Origin: the human T2T-CHM13v2.0 reference genome, Homo sapiens
Reading direction: 5' to 3' (one strand)
Length of the DNA stretch: 64,000 nucleotides
NCBI RefSeq assembly: GCF_009914755.1
Contig: NC_060937.1
The notes beneath the pieces were generated by a model, which saw only the letters and a list, made by a program, of their open reading frames with translations, was not told where the DNA came from and ran no database searches. This document shows, piece after piece, positions 29,907-42,904 of this stretch. Within the stretch, counting starts at the first letter, position 1; every line of letters begins with the position of its first letter. The position numbers were made by a program, and so were the translations under genes.

Positions 29907-30460
29907 TTTAAAACTAACACATCCCTAGAATATTATGAATAATATAACAGGGTGTACACCCCCTGTGACATTAGGAGTAACATCTCTCTAGGATATTACG
30001 AATAATGTCACTGGGGGCACACCCTCTGTGATATTAGCAGCAACATCTTTCTAGGATATTACGAATGATATCACAGGGTGTACACTCACTGTGATATTAG
30101 AAGGAATATCTCCCTAGGATATAAGCTATCATATCGCAGAGTGTACACACATGGTGTACACCCACTGTGTTATTAGCAGCAATATCTCCCTATGATATTA
30201 TGAAAAATATCACAGGGTGTACTCTCTGTGGGATACTAGAAGTAATGTTTACCATGGATATTACAAATAATATCACAGGGTGTACACACATGGGGTACAC
30301 CCACTGTGATACTAGGAGCTGTATCTTTCGAAGATATTACAAATAATATCCCAGTGGATGTACCCCATGTGTGTACACCCACTGTGGTATTTAAAGCAAT
30401 ATCTCTCTATAAGATTACAAATAATATCGAAGGGTGTACACCCCCTGTGACATTAGGAGT
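29907..30460 (+). repeat. SATR-family satellite fragment (~63-bp palindromic monomers); left edge of the duplication block
   Basis: Repeated aatatcacagggtgtacaccc..tgtgacattaggagtaacatc..ctaggatatta; ~95-96% identical by eye to 59415-59968. Confidence 0.9.
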
Positions 30461-32660
30461 TTCCATACTGTTTCTAATAATTGCAAGATTTCTTGTTGAT
30501 ATTTTCTGTCTTTTCCCCCAGAGTTCAATAGGCCCTTTTCTTTCTATCACGCTCCATGCACTTGAAGGGTTAAAAAGACATACCGAGAATCAGTGTAAAT
30601 GTTTACGGTCTCACACTCACTGAGTTCCAAGGCCTGAATGAAAGCAATGAGTTCAGCTTTCTGGGCTGAAGTGGCCTGGGGCAACGATCTGGCTTCAACA
30701 ACAGTGTCCAGGGTTACCACTGCATACCCTGCACCTCTCTCTCCTTGGGGGTTGAAGAAGCTGCTCCCATCCACGGATAGTTCCCAGTCTACCGATGCCC
30801 AAGGCTGGTCCCGGAGGTCAGGTCTGCTAGAGTCAACTGAGTCCAACACTTCTACACAATCAGGCTCGACAGGGCTCTCTGATACCGGGAGCAAGGTGGC
30901 AGGGTGTAGGGTGTTACAAACTTCAATGGTTATACAGGGATTTTCACAGAGCAAAGTTTGGTACTTGGTGAGTCTGGCATTCGTTAGCCAATGATGTCCT
31001 TTGGTATCCATTAAAGTCACCACAGCATGGGAGGCCTTTATGTTCAGGTTTTGCCCAAGAGTCAGCTTATTTGCTTCTTGTACTAGCAGGGCAGTTGCTG
31101 CCAAGGCCCTCAAACAGGGGGGGCCATCCTTTAGAAACCCCGTCTAGTTGTTTAGAAAGGTAGGCCACCGGCCTTGGCCAGGGCCCCACAGTTTGGGTTC
31201 AAAGTCCAGCTGCCATCTTTTCTCTCTCTGATGCATACAATGGAAAAGGCTTTGTCAGATCGGGTAGCCCCAGGGCTGGTGCTGCCAGAAGTTTTTCCTT
31301 TAACTCGTGAAAGACTTGCTGTTGTTGGGATCCGCATTCCAAAGGTTCGCGGTCCCCACCCCCTTTGTGGCCTCATAGAAAGGCTTGGCTAATACTGCAA
31401 AGTTTGGGATCCACAGTCTACAAAACCCCACAGCTCCTAAGAATTCCCTCACTTGCCTTCTGCTCTTAGGCTCCGCTAGATTGCAAATGACCTGCTTTCT
31501 TTCTGATCCCGGGCTGCGTTCCAACCCCTGTCGGATAGTAAATCCCAAGTAACGTAGCTGCTGTCGGCAGATCTGAGCTTTCTTCTTGGACACCTTATAC
31601 CCACAGTCCTCCAGGTGCCGGTGTAGGGCATCTGTTCCCTTGGCACACCTGACTGCCTTGGGGTGTCCCAGCAGAAGGTCATCAACCTACTGGAGCAACA
31701 CGCAGCCTAGGTCTCTGGTGGGAAACTTCTGGAGGTCTCGAGCCAACGCCTCCCCGAAGATGGTGGGGGGAGTTCTTGAACCCTTGGGGAAGCCCGGTCC
31801 AAGTGTATTGAGTAGTGACACCTGACTCCGGATCTTCCCACTGAAAGGCAAACAGCTTCTGCCTCTCAGGGGCTAATCTGATAGGAAAGAAAGCGTCTTT
31901 CAGGTCCAAGCAGGTGAACCAGCTGTCCTCAGCTGGCAGCAACCCCAACAATGTGGACGGGTTAGGTACTGTTGGATGGAAAGTCAAGGTAGCTTGATTA
32001 AGCAAGCGCAAATCCGGTACCAGCCTGTAGTCCTTGGTCCGTGGCTTGGGAACAGGCAGGAGGGGAGTGTTCCATGGAGACTGGCAAGGAACAATAATTC
32101 CAAAAGTTCTTAGGTGCTTGAGACGGACCTGGATACCTTGAAGAGCTTCTCTGGGGACCGGGTCCTGTTTTTGCCTAACCGGCTGGGCCCCAGTCTTAAC
32201 CGGCCAATCCCGGAGGCTTGTCTCCTGCCCGTACTCTTGGCCACCGCTTAGCCAGAGCTGGTCTTCTCTCTTGGCCTGGCTCAGTTCAGAAAAGTCTGCG
32301 TTCCTCCTCTCGGGGGACCATAAGGGTCATAATGACTCCCGTTCCGGGTAACTTTAGCAGCAAAGAGCCATGCTCTGTCAAAGAGATAGTGGCTCTCAGC
32401 TTGCTGAGCAAGTCCCTTCCCAAAAAGGGCAAGGGACAGTCAGGCATGTACCAAAACTGATGAATGACTTTATGTCCTCCTACAGTACAAGTCCGAGGCA
32501 AGCAGAAAGCTTGCTTTGCTGAAGCCCCCGTGGCTCCGATGACGTCAATAGTCTTTTTGGATAAGAGGGCGACCGGGGCGGTTACCAGCGAATGTTCAGC
32601 ACCACTATCTACAAGAAAGTCAATGTCTCTACCCCCCGACTGTCATTCTGACCAGAGGCT
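30461..32660 (-). pseudogene. Disrupted retroviral pro-pol (PR, RT, partial RNase H)
   Basis: Several frameshifts; the RT YVDD motif reads TAG-GTT-GAT-GAC (stop at 31687-31689); truncated within RNase H at the satellite junction. Confidence 0.88.
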
Positions 32661-32689
32661 CTTTGGGGATGATTGAGCCCGGTCTCCAT

Positions 32690-33710
32690 CAGTGCAATAA
32701 CCCCTTCACCAGGTTGAGCGAGTCACCTTGTTTTCTTTTGAGCTGAGAGCATTTGTTCTTCCACTGTCCTATTTCATTACAATAAGCACACTGGTTACGC
32801 TGCAAACTCTGACAGCCAAGCTGAGTTTCTTTCCCAGGGCCCCCCTTCCCTTGCCTCTTTGGGGGGGCCCCTCTGATTGCTGCAGCTAACAAACAGGTCA
32901 GCTTTTCACCAGGCCTGACCTCCATTCTCTTTACCGTTTTCCTTATGGCTTACTGCATCCCTGTTTACAAACACCTGGCTAGCTATTGCTAGTAATTGTG
33001 ATGTATTCATCCCTGCAAGCCCAGCCTGTTTCTGCAGTTTTCTTCTCATGTCTTCTGCGCTTTGACGGACTAAAGCCATGTTAATCACGCGCTGATTTCA
33101 GGGCTATCGGGATCAAAGGGAGTATACATACGATAGGCCTCACACAGTCTCTCCTAGAATTGTGCTGGACTTTCCTCTTTTCCCTGAATGACCTCAGAGA
33201 CCTTGTTAACATTTGTGGCCTTCTGAGCTCCCCTCATTAATCCTTCCAAGAGAGCTTCTGTGTCTCGGTTTAGCCTTTGCATATCCTCTCTTTCATGTGG
33301 GTCCAACTGGGGGTTGGTTCCTGGCAACTGGGTCCTTCCATACTCTTGGGGGTTTTGATAATCAGCTGGTGCATGTTCCTCTAGCCACTTAGTTGCTGCT
33401 TGGAGCGCTCTCCGCCTTTCTTCGCTGTTAAAGAGGAACATGAGCAACCGGTGCCAATCAGCCCAGGTGTGGTTGTGGGTCTGGATAACAGTTTGGAGCA
33501 AATCAATTAGGGCTTGTGGCTCTTCGGTATAGGGAAGTGTATTGTTTTTCCAGTTGAGAAGGTCGACGGAGGTGAAGGGCTGGTACCCAAAAACACGCCT
33601 CTCCACCACGTGACCATCCTCATCTATCCCAGTATACCGCTGCTCTCTCAGGGGCATTTGGATCCCCGTTTTGGGTCGTAAACGAGCTGCCGAGGGAGGG
33701 GTGGAGTGGC
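32690..33710 (-). pseudogene. Disrupted retroviral gag (CA-NC)
   Basis: ORF pieces 33154-33714, 32906-33088 and 32689-32925 with a stop and frameshifts; zinc knuckle CAYCNEIGQWKNKC has Q in place of H. Confidence 0.88.
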
Positions 33711-34075
33711 GCAATGTGACTTACCGCAATTAATCATCTCAATTATTAATTGACACTAATAATTATCAATATTAATAACTGATCATATAATTTTTAAAAT
33801 CAATACCGATAATAACGATAATTAATATTAAATAGTTACACTCACAACAATAAATGATTAATATTAATGATTAATGACGCCCGATATTAATAACTGATAT
33901 TGATCTTATTCATTAGAAAACAGTCATATTAGCTCCTAATAATTAACATTAATATTAATAATCTGAAAACTTTTTATTAGCCTTAATATTTATTAGCCTT
34001 TAATATTTCTTAATATTAATGTTAATATCGGTCATTCATATTCATGTTAATAATAAATGAGGAATAATTCATACT
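33711..34075. repeat. AT-rich low-complexity block (attaat-rich)
   Basis: Inverted paralog at ~62611-62995; similar block at ~35810-36200. Confidence 0.85.
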
Positions 34076-35180
34076 ACTATTACGCCTAATACCTCAGTGG
34101 GTGTACACCCACCTGTGATATTGCTCCTAATGTCCAGGGAGGGAGACAGCATGATATTACGTTCAATATCGCAGTAGGTGTACACCCGGCCGGTGATATT
34201 GATCCGAATATAATCTCCAGGGGGTGGAGTATGACGTTACTCCCAATATAGCACTGGGTGTGCATCCACCCGGTGATTTTGCTCCTAATATTCACGGAAG
34301 AAGAGAATGCTATTACTCCCAGTATCTCAGGAAGTGTACACCCCTTCTGTGACATTGTTCCTAATATCCGGAGGGGGAGAGGGTGATATTACTCGCAATA
34401 TCGCAGGCTGTGTACACCCACCCTCTGATATTGTTCCTAGCAGCCAGGAAGGGAGAGGACGATATGACTCCCCACACAGCAGGAGGTGTACACCCATCCT
34501 GGGATATTATTCCTAATATCCACGGAGAGGAGAGGCTGATAATACTCCCAATATGGCAGGGGGTGTACATCCAGTCTGTGATATTGTTCTTAATATTCAA
34601 AGGCGGAGAGGTTGATATTACTCCCAATATCACAGAAAGTGTACAAACCCGTGTACTATTGTTGCTATTATCCCGAAGAAGAGAAGATGATATCATCCCC
34701 CCATCGCAGGACGTGTACACCCACTCTGTGATATTTTTTCCAATGTGCAGGGCAAGGGAGGATAATATTCTTCTTAATAGCACAGGGTGTGTACAGCCCC
34801 ACTGTGATATGGTCCTTAATATTCCAAGGCGGAGAGGATGATCTTACTCCCAATACCGCAGAAAGTGTACACCACCCCAGTGATATGGTTCCCATAATCC
34901 TGGAGAGAAGAGGATGATGTTACTTTCAATATCGCAAGGGGTGGACACGCCCCCAGTGATATTGTTCCTAATTTCAACGTGGGAGAGGATGATACTACAC
35001 GGAATGCCCCCAGGGGTAAAAACACTCCTGTGATATTGTTCTTAATATCAAGGGGAAAGAGGATGCTATTACTCCAAAGAGTGCAGAGGATGTGTGCCCG
35101 TCTGTGACATAGTTGGTAATTTCCAGAGGCAGAGAAGATATTACTGACAATAACGTGAACACGCTGTGTGACCATCGTGG
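34076..35180 (-). repeat. SATR-family satellite, ~75-78-bp monomers
   Basis: Repeats of gatattgttcctaatatccagg..ggagaggatgatattactcccaatatcgcagg.ggtgtacaccc; inverted paralog at ~61510-62610. Confidence 0.88.
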
Positions 35181-35545
35181 ATCGTCATATCCAGGGGGGG
35201 AGGGGGGGTGATATGACTCCCCGCAACGCCGGTGGCGCCCGCCCCCCTGCGATGTGAATCCTCATATCCAGGGGGAAAGAGGGGGGTGATATGACTCCCC
35301 GCATCGCGGGGGGCGACTGCACCCCTGCGATGTGAATCCTCATATCCAGGGGGGGAGAGGGGGGTGATATGGCTCCCCGCATCGCGGGGACCTCACCCCC
35401 TTGCGATGGGGGTCCTAAGAGCCAGGGGAGGGTAGGGGCTGGCTCTCACTCCCCGTACCGCGGTAGGGGGCCTCACCCGCCTGCGATGGGGCTCCTAAGA
35501 GCCAGGAGGGGAGAAGGGCTGGCTCTTACTCCCCGTATCGCAGGA
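35181..35545. repeat. GC/CpG-rich ~77-bp VNTR variant of the satellite monomer
   Basis: tcatatccagggggg.agaggggggtgatatgactccccgcatcgcggggggc repeated. Confidence 0.88.
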
Positions 35546-35549
35546 GGTG

Positions 35550-37110
35550 TGTTATATCATCCTCTCCACCTTTGGATGTTAGGGACAGTATCACGGGGGA
35601 GGTCTCCGCCCCCTGCGATATTGGGAGTCATATCATCGGCTCCCACCCAGGGTATTAGGAACAAGATGACCGAAGGGATGTATACCCACTGCCCTATTTT
35701 CAATAATGTCATCCTCTACCCCCTGGCTATTAGGAGTAACATCATAGAGGGGTGTACACTTTCTGCGATATTGGGAGTAATAACCTCTCCCCCAGGGATA
35801 TCGGGAAAAGTTATATTAATTATTAATATTAATAAATATAATAACAATTAATAGTAATCATCGATAATTACAGTAGAGACAGTAAAACTTAGTAGGGATG
35901 AAAAATATTAACGGTTACTATTAATAATTAATAGCAATATCACTATTAATAATAAAATAATGATATCAGTAATTAATGTTACTTCAATCAATCATAAGTG
36001 ATGTTGGTAATAAAACAATAATTAATATTAAGATTAATAACTAATATTAAGAGTGACATTAATATTAATAATTAATTTTAATCATGCATAATCATGTCTT
36101 GAAAATAATCATTAACGATTAATAACGTTATACTATTAATTAATATTACTATTGATAATTATTAAGAAGACTGATGTTTAATAATTCATAGTATTATTAC
36201 TGCTAATACAGCAGGGGGTGTACACCTACCTGTGATAGTGTTCCTAATATCCAGGGATGGAGAGCATGATATTAGTTTTCATATCGCAGTAGGTGTACAC
36301 TCACCCTGTGACACCGATCCTAATACCAAGTGGGTAGAGTATGACATGACTGCCAACATAGCAATCAAGGTACAGCCACTCGGTGATATCGCTCCTAATA
36401 TTCACGGAAGAAGCGTATGATATTACTCCCAATATCGCAGGGAGTGCACACCTCTTCTGTGATATTGCCCCTGGTATCCCGAGGGGAGAGGATGATAATA
36501 ATTCCAGCATCGCAGGCTGTGTTCACCCAGCCTTTGAAATTGTTATTAATATCCTGAAAGGGAGAGGATGATATTACTCCCCATAATAGATAGATATGAC
36601 TCTCCATAATAGAGCAGGAGGTGCACACCCACCCTGTGATATTCTTCCTAATATTCAGAGGCCGAGAGGTTGATATTACTGCCAATATCGCAGGAAGTGT
36701 ACACCACCGTGTGAGATGGTCCTTAATAATATTCCAAGGCGGAGGGGGTGATAGGACTACATATATGGCAGAAAGTGGACACACCCCAGGGATATTGTTC
36801 CCATGATCCTGGAGGGAAGAAGATGATATTACTTTCAATATCACAGAAGGTGGACACGCCCTCACTGATATTGTTTCTAACTGCCACGTGGGAGAGGAGG
36901 TTCTGACACGCGATATCCCAGGGAGTAGAAACCCCTGTGTGATACTGTTCTTAATATCCACGGAGGAAGAGGATGATATTACCCCCAATACACACGGGTG
37001 GACACCCTCGGTACACCGAGGGTGTCCACCCGTCTGGGAAACAGTTCACAATCTCCAGAGGGGGAGATGATATTACTCATAATCTGGTAAAGAGGCTGTG
37101 AGTCCACCGC
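35550..37110. repeat. Second satellite module: inverted segment (35550-35800), AT block, ~76-bp monomers
   Basis: 36200-37110 is a direct paralog of 34080-35180 (offset ~2.1 kb); 35550-35775 is the reverse complement of ~63005-63230. Confidence 0.82.
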
Positions 37111-37800
37111 GGATCCTAAGAGCCAGGGGGGCAAGAGGGGCTGGCTCTTACTCCCCGCATCGCGGGGGGCGCCTCGCCCCCCTGCGATGGGGGTCCTAAA
37201 AGAGCCAGGGGGGCAAGAGGGGCTGGCTCTTACTCCCCGCATCGCGGGGGGCGCCTCGCCCCCCGGTGCGATGTGGATCGCTATATCCAGTGTTCGAGAG
37301 GGGGGTGATATGACTCCCCGCGTCGCGGGGGGCGCCCCTTCCCCTCCAATTTGGATCGTCATATCCAGGGTGAGAGACGGGTGTGGTATTACTCCCCGCG
37401 TCGCGGGGGGCACCCGCCCCCTTGCAATGAGGACCGTCGTATCTAGGGTGGGAGATAGTGTGCTATTACTACCCGCCTGGTGGGGTCGCCCTCCGCCCTG
37501 CGATGTGGATCGTCGTGTCCGGGGGGTGTGGGGGTGATATTACTCCCCGAATACGGGGGAGCGCCAGCCCCCCTCCCATGTGGATCGTCATATCGATGGG
37601 GTTAGTGGGGGGTGATATTACTCCCCGAATCGTGGAGGCTCCCGCCCCCATACCGTGTGGATCCTCGTTTCCAGGGGGAAGAGGGGGGTGATATTCCTGC
37701 CCGCATCGAGGGGAGCTCCCGACCCCCTGCGATGTAGATCGTAATATCCAGGGGGTGAGAGGGGGGTGATATTACTCCCCGATTTGTCCTAGGATTCTTT
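37111..37800. repeat. GC/CpG-rich ~77-bp VNTR
   Basis: tactccccgcatcgcggggggcgcctcgcccccctgcgatg repeated about 9 times with drift. Confidence 0.88.
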
Positions 37801-37859
37801 CTGTACTGCCATCCTCGGTTCACACCCTGGGACATTATCTTCCATCTTGTAGCAAGATG

Positions 37860-40330
37860 CGGCTGCTACAGTCGCTGGGGTACACACCCTTCAATATTGT
37901 TCGTAATTTTGTAGGGGAATGTTAAACCTGACGTCACAGGACTCTGTACCCTGTGAAGTTATTCCCAATATCCTAGCTTCACCTTAATAATAATGTCACA
38001 TTGTGTGTACACCTTGTGGTGTTATTCTTATTCTCCTAAGTGGAGGTTGCTTTTATTGTGACACGGGGTATGTTCCTTTTCACAGTATTCATAATGTCCT
38101 AGAGGGATGTCACCCCTTATGTCACAGGGTTTGTACACCTTGTCAAATTATTCGTATTATGCTCATAAGATGTCACTCCTCATAACACAGAGGGTGTACA
38201 CTTTGTGATATTGTCGTCATATTCCAGGGAAATGTTACTTTTAATGTCACAGAGGGTGCACACCTTGTGAAATTATTCGTTATAATTTTGTGGGGTGTTA
38301 CCCCTAATGTCACACGGCGTGTACACACAGTGATGTTACGTGCAACATGCTATGGAAATGTTGCTCGTAATTCACAGGTCATGTACACCCTTTAATATTC
38401 TTTGTAATCTTCTAGGAAAACGTTACTGCTAATGTCACAGGGCGTGTAGACCCTGTCATAAAATTCCTAATATTGTAGCAGGAGTTTACTGCTCATTTCA
38501 CAAAGCGTGTACACCCTTTGATATTATTCGTATTTTCCTGAAGAGATGTTACTACTCATGTCCCAACGCAGGTACATTCTCTGATGTTATTCGCTATATC
38601 CTGGGGGGATGTTACTTCTAATGTCACACGGGGTGTACTCCCTGTGTTCTATTTCCTAATATCCTAGGGCAATTTTACTTTTAATGACACAGGGGGTGTA
38701 CACATTGTGATATTATTTGTGATATTCTAGAAAGATGTTACTCCTAATGTCACAGGGCTGTGCACCCTGTGATAGTATTCACAATTTCCCAGGGGTCTCT
38801 ACTCCTATTGGCAGAGACGATAACACCCTGTGACATTATTTGTAATATTCTAGCGAGATGATACTCCTCATGTCACAGGGGGTGTACACCCCGTGTTATT
38901 ATTCTTACTATTCTAGGGGGATGTTACTCCTAATGTCACAGGGATGTACACCCTGTGATATTATTCATAGTGTACCAGAGGAATATTAGCACTAATGTCA
39001 CGATGCATGTACACCTTGTGATATTATTTGTCATATCCTAATGTCACAGGGGGTGTGTTCCGTGTGATATTCTTCCTAACATCCCCGACGGATATTGCTC
39101 CTAACGTCACAGGGTGTGTACACCTTGTCACATCATTCACAATATCCTGAAACTACGTTATTCCTCAGGTCACAGGGGGTGTTCACCCTGTGATATTTTT
39201 CATCATAGTTTTGTGGGATGTTACTCCTAAAGTCACACGGGGTGTACACAGAGTCACACAGTGATATGACTTGTAATATTCTATAGACATGTTACTCATA
39301 AATCACAGGGGCTGTACCTCCTGTGATATGATTCCTAATATTCTAGGGGAATGTTGCTACTATTGTCACGGGGGTGTACACCCTGTGATATGACTCGTCA
39401 TATCCCAGCGGGATGTTACTACTAATGTCACAATGCCTGTACACCCTGTGATATTATTCGTAATATCCTAAAGAGATGTTAGTACTAAGGCCACAATGCA
39501 TGTAGACCCTCTGATAGTATTCGTTATATCCTCGGGGGATGTTACTCCTAATGTCACACGGGGTGTACTCCCTGTCATATTATTCATAATATCCAAGGGG
39601 GATGTTATTTTTAATGTCACCGGGGGTGACATTACGCATTAAAAATGCGTATTCAACGCCTGTGATACTATTGCTAATATCCTAGGGGCATGCTCTTCCG
39701 AATGTACACATGGGGTGTACACCGTGTAACACAGGAGGGGTACACACATGGTGTACACCACCTGTGTCATCAGGCGTAACATTCCCCTAGGATATTATGG
39801 AGGGGTACACACATGGCCGCCTGTGTTATTATTCATAATATCCTAGGGGGATGTTTCTTTTAATGTCACAAAGAGAGTACAAAACCTCACAGGAGGTGTA
39901 CATGTTGTGACGTTATCTGTAATACCCTAGAAGGACGTTACTCCTAATATGTCACAGGAGTGTACACGCTTTGATGTTATTTATCATCTCATAGAGAGAT
40001 ATTACTTCAAATATCACAGTGGATGTACACACATAGTGTATACCCTGTGATAGCATTCATAATATCCTAGGGAGATACAACTCCTGATATCACAGTGCGT
40101 GTAGCCCGTGTGTGTACACCCTTGATATTAGTCATACTATCCAGGGTAAATATTACTCCTCATATCACACAGTATGCACACCCTGTGATATTTTTCATCC
40201 TACTTTAGGGAGATATTGCTTCTAATATCACAGTGGGTGTACCCCATGTGTGTATACTCCGTCACGGTATTTTTTATATCCCAGGGAGGTATTACTCCTA
40301 ATATCACAGTGGGTGTTCGCCCTGTGTTAT
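37860..40330 (-). repeat. SATR-family satellite, ~63-bp monomers, reverse orientation
   Basis: gatgttactcctaatgtcacagggggtgtacaccctgtgatattattcgtaatatcctag repeated. Confidence 0.92.
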
Positions 40331-40400
40331 CACTCTTATTTGACTTTGCTGCCTTTTTTAACCCACACTACAAAGGAATGGAACAGATAAGATATTGAGA

Positions 40401-41360
40401 TTAGACTGTGCTGCCGTGCGGCCGCCGCAGGACACCTTTAATATCCCTGTTTCTCAGGCTGTAGATGAAGGGGTTCAGCATGGGGGTGACCACCGTGTAC
40501 ATCACTGAGGCCACTGCACCCTTTCTGGGGGAAGATGACACATCATCTGAACTGAGGTAACCTCCAACGCCTGTTCCATAAACTCAGCAAACAACTGACA
40601 GGTGAGACCCACAGGTGGAGAAGGCTTTATACTTCCCACCTGATGATGAAACCCTCAGAATGGAGGAAACAATTTTAGAGTAAGAGAAAAGGGTCCCTGA
40701 GATGGGAAGAAAACCAAATATGGCAGCAGGGAAATACATGATTATCTTATTGGTGAAGGTGTCACAACATGCAAGATGGGGGAGTTGAGAAGGGTCACAG
40801 AAGAAATTAGGAATTTCCACATCCTTGAAGCAGGTCACTTGTAAGGCAATCAAGTTGTGCAGCTGGGAGTCTAAAAGACTGAGGACAGAAAAAAAAAAGA
40901 CAACAAAACTAGGAAGCCACAGAAACACGGGTTCATGATGGCTGAATGATATAGAGGGTGACAGATGGCTACAAACCGGTCATAGGCCATCACACTCAGG
41001 AGCATGTCTCTCTTCCATGCCTCCAAAAATGGCAAAGAGAGACATCTGAGTCAGGCAGCCTGCATAGGAGATGACTCTGCTGTGAGACTGGATGTCCACA
41101 ATCATCTTGGGGACCGTGGTGGAGGTGAAACCGATGTCAGGCAAGGACAGGTTGGAGAGGAAGAAGTACATGGGGATGTGGAGGTGGGAGTCAGGGCTGA
41201 TGGCCAGGATGATGAGCAGGTTCCCCAGCACCGTGACCAGGCACATGGACAGGAACAGCCCAGTGAGGACCGGCTGCCGTTCTGGATCCTCTGTAGTTCT
41301 AGGAGGAGGAATACAGAGACATCTGTTAGATTCTGTGGGTCTGTAGAGATTGAACACCTT
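40401..41360 (-). pseudogene. OR7E-family olfactory receptor pseudogene (copy A)
   Basis: [59 protein letters not shown]; frameshifts near the N-terminus, at gaagagagac and at a T10 run; TGA at 40584-40586. Confidence 0.95.
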
Positions 41361-42040
41361 TTGCCTAGAAAAGAGGTTGAGAAATCGGAAACAAGTAAAC
41401 CAACACCCAGCATCGTGTCTGCATTTTGGATAGAAGCAATTCACAAGTAATGTTTTCAGGTTTCAGAGCAATCCACACTCAGCAATATTTTGCAGTTCTG
41501 ACAAACTCAATTGTCTTCTAATGCTTTCATCATTGATTTCTGTGTTATTCACTTCTTGTTGTACACACCTGTCTCAGAGAAACTAGATTCAAGAATGTTC
41601 CAAGAACCAGATCATCATATATAACAAATTCGTAATTGCTAGAAAATACAGCCTATCTTTACTGAAGGAAACTATGTAATAAAACCATTCTCTTCACTTT
41701 AAGAAAAAGGTTATCCTAATTAAAGGAAATTAAGAACTCAAATATTTTATTTTATTCCAATAGATTGATACAAATTCCCTTGATTTAGAACATCTGTAAA
41801 CACTGTATAACTGCTGAGACCATGCCATCTGGAAATGAAATTAAAGTTGATAGTTCATAAGCAGAAAATAGTTCCACAGGCCAGTTGGGTCCTAGTGATT
41901 TCATCATTATGTTTTCTGACTTTTCTCCTTCTCAAGAGAGCAATTACTTACTCAAATCGGTGGGTCTTGTTTTAAAATTCATGTAAGCTATAACTCCCGT
42001 CCTTAGCTTCGGTGGACTTAGACTTTTCATCAAAACATTT

Positions 42041-42342
<302 letters not shown>

Positions 42343-42904
42343 CACACGCTCTGTCACACTGACGTCACACTGATGACAGCCAATTTTTGTGAACCAAGGA
42401 AGTGTCAATTCAATAATTCACATAGATGTTTACTTTTGCTTTCTCCTATGTGCCAAGCAAGATATAGGCTCTGGGGAATCAGAAACAACAGAGACTCACT
42501 TGTTCCTCTCACAATACTCAGTACTTACAGAGATAAGGACAAAAGAAAATGTCCTGTCTGGAATGCAAGGAAACCAGAACTTCAGGTCAGGGATATTTCC
42601 GTTGAACCGTATGGAGTTTAAGCTTATAATATTAACAAATGTATCTAAAATTCACTTTGCCTTGACTTTACGCATCCATCACATAGAGATCCCGCAGCGG
42701 GCACCCACGATCGGTTTCATCATTGCTCACTTCCATTGGGTCAACTAGAAATCAACTCAGATGAGAGTGCTGAGTGTCAGAGGATGGACGTCTCACCCCT
42801 TGCCATACAGATAAGTAGAAAGGGTGGTATTGAAAATTAATGGCCAGACTCTAAGTCCCGGGCACTATACCTGATGGTCTCCCAACCCTCAAAATGTTGT
42901 GGGT

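Larger units (their letters stand above)
30461..33710 (-). mobile_element. HERV-E-like internal fragment (gag-pro-pol), no LTR, integrase or env
   Basis: Capsid (MPLREQRYTGIDEDGH..YQPFTS.DLLNWKNN; IQGKEESPAQF), protease DFLVDSGAEHS, RT (DLKDAFF, LPQGFKNSP) and RNase H (DGSS, SAQKAELIA, IYTDSRY). Confidence 0.9.

Noticed and set aside
30461-33710. Functional reverse-transcriptase system paired with the repeat array
   Set aside because: The RT catalytic motif contains a stop, there are several frameshifts, and there is no LTR or integrase; it is a dead ERV fragment
34086-37835. ORFs of up to 197 aa in satellite/VNTR (also 61514-63931)
   Set aside because: The peptides repeat with the monomer (ILGVIS.., VILFLIS..) and occur on both strands; translation artefacts
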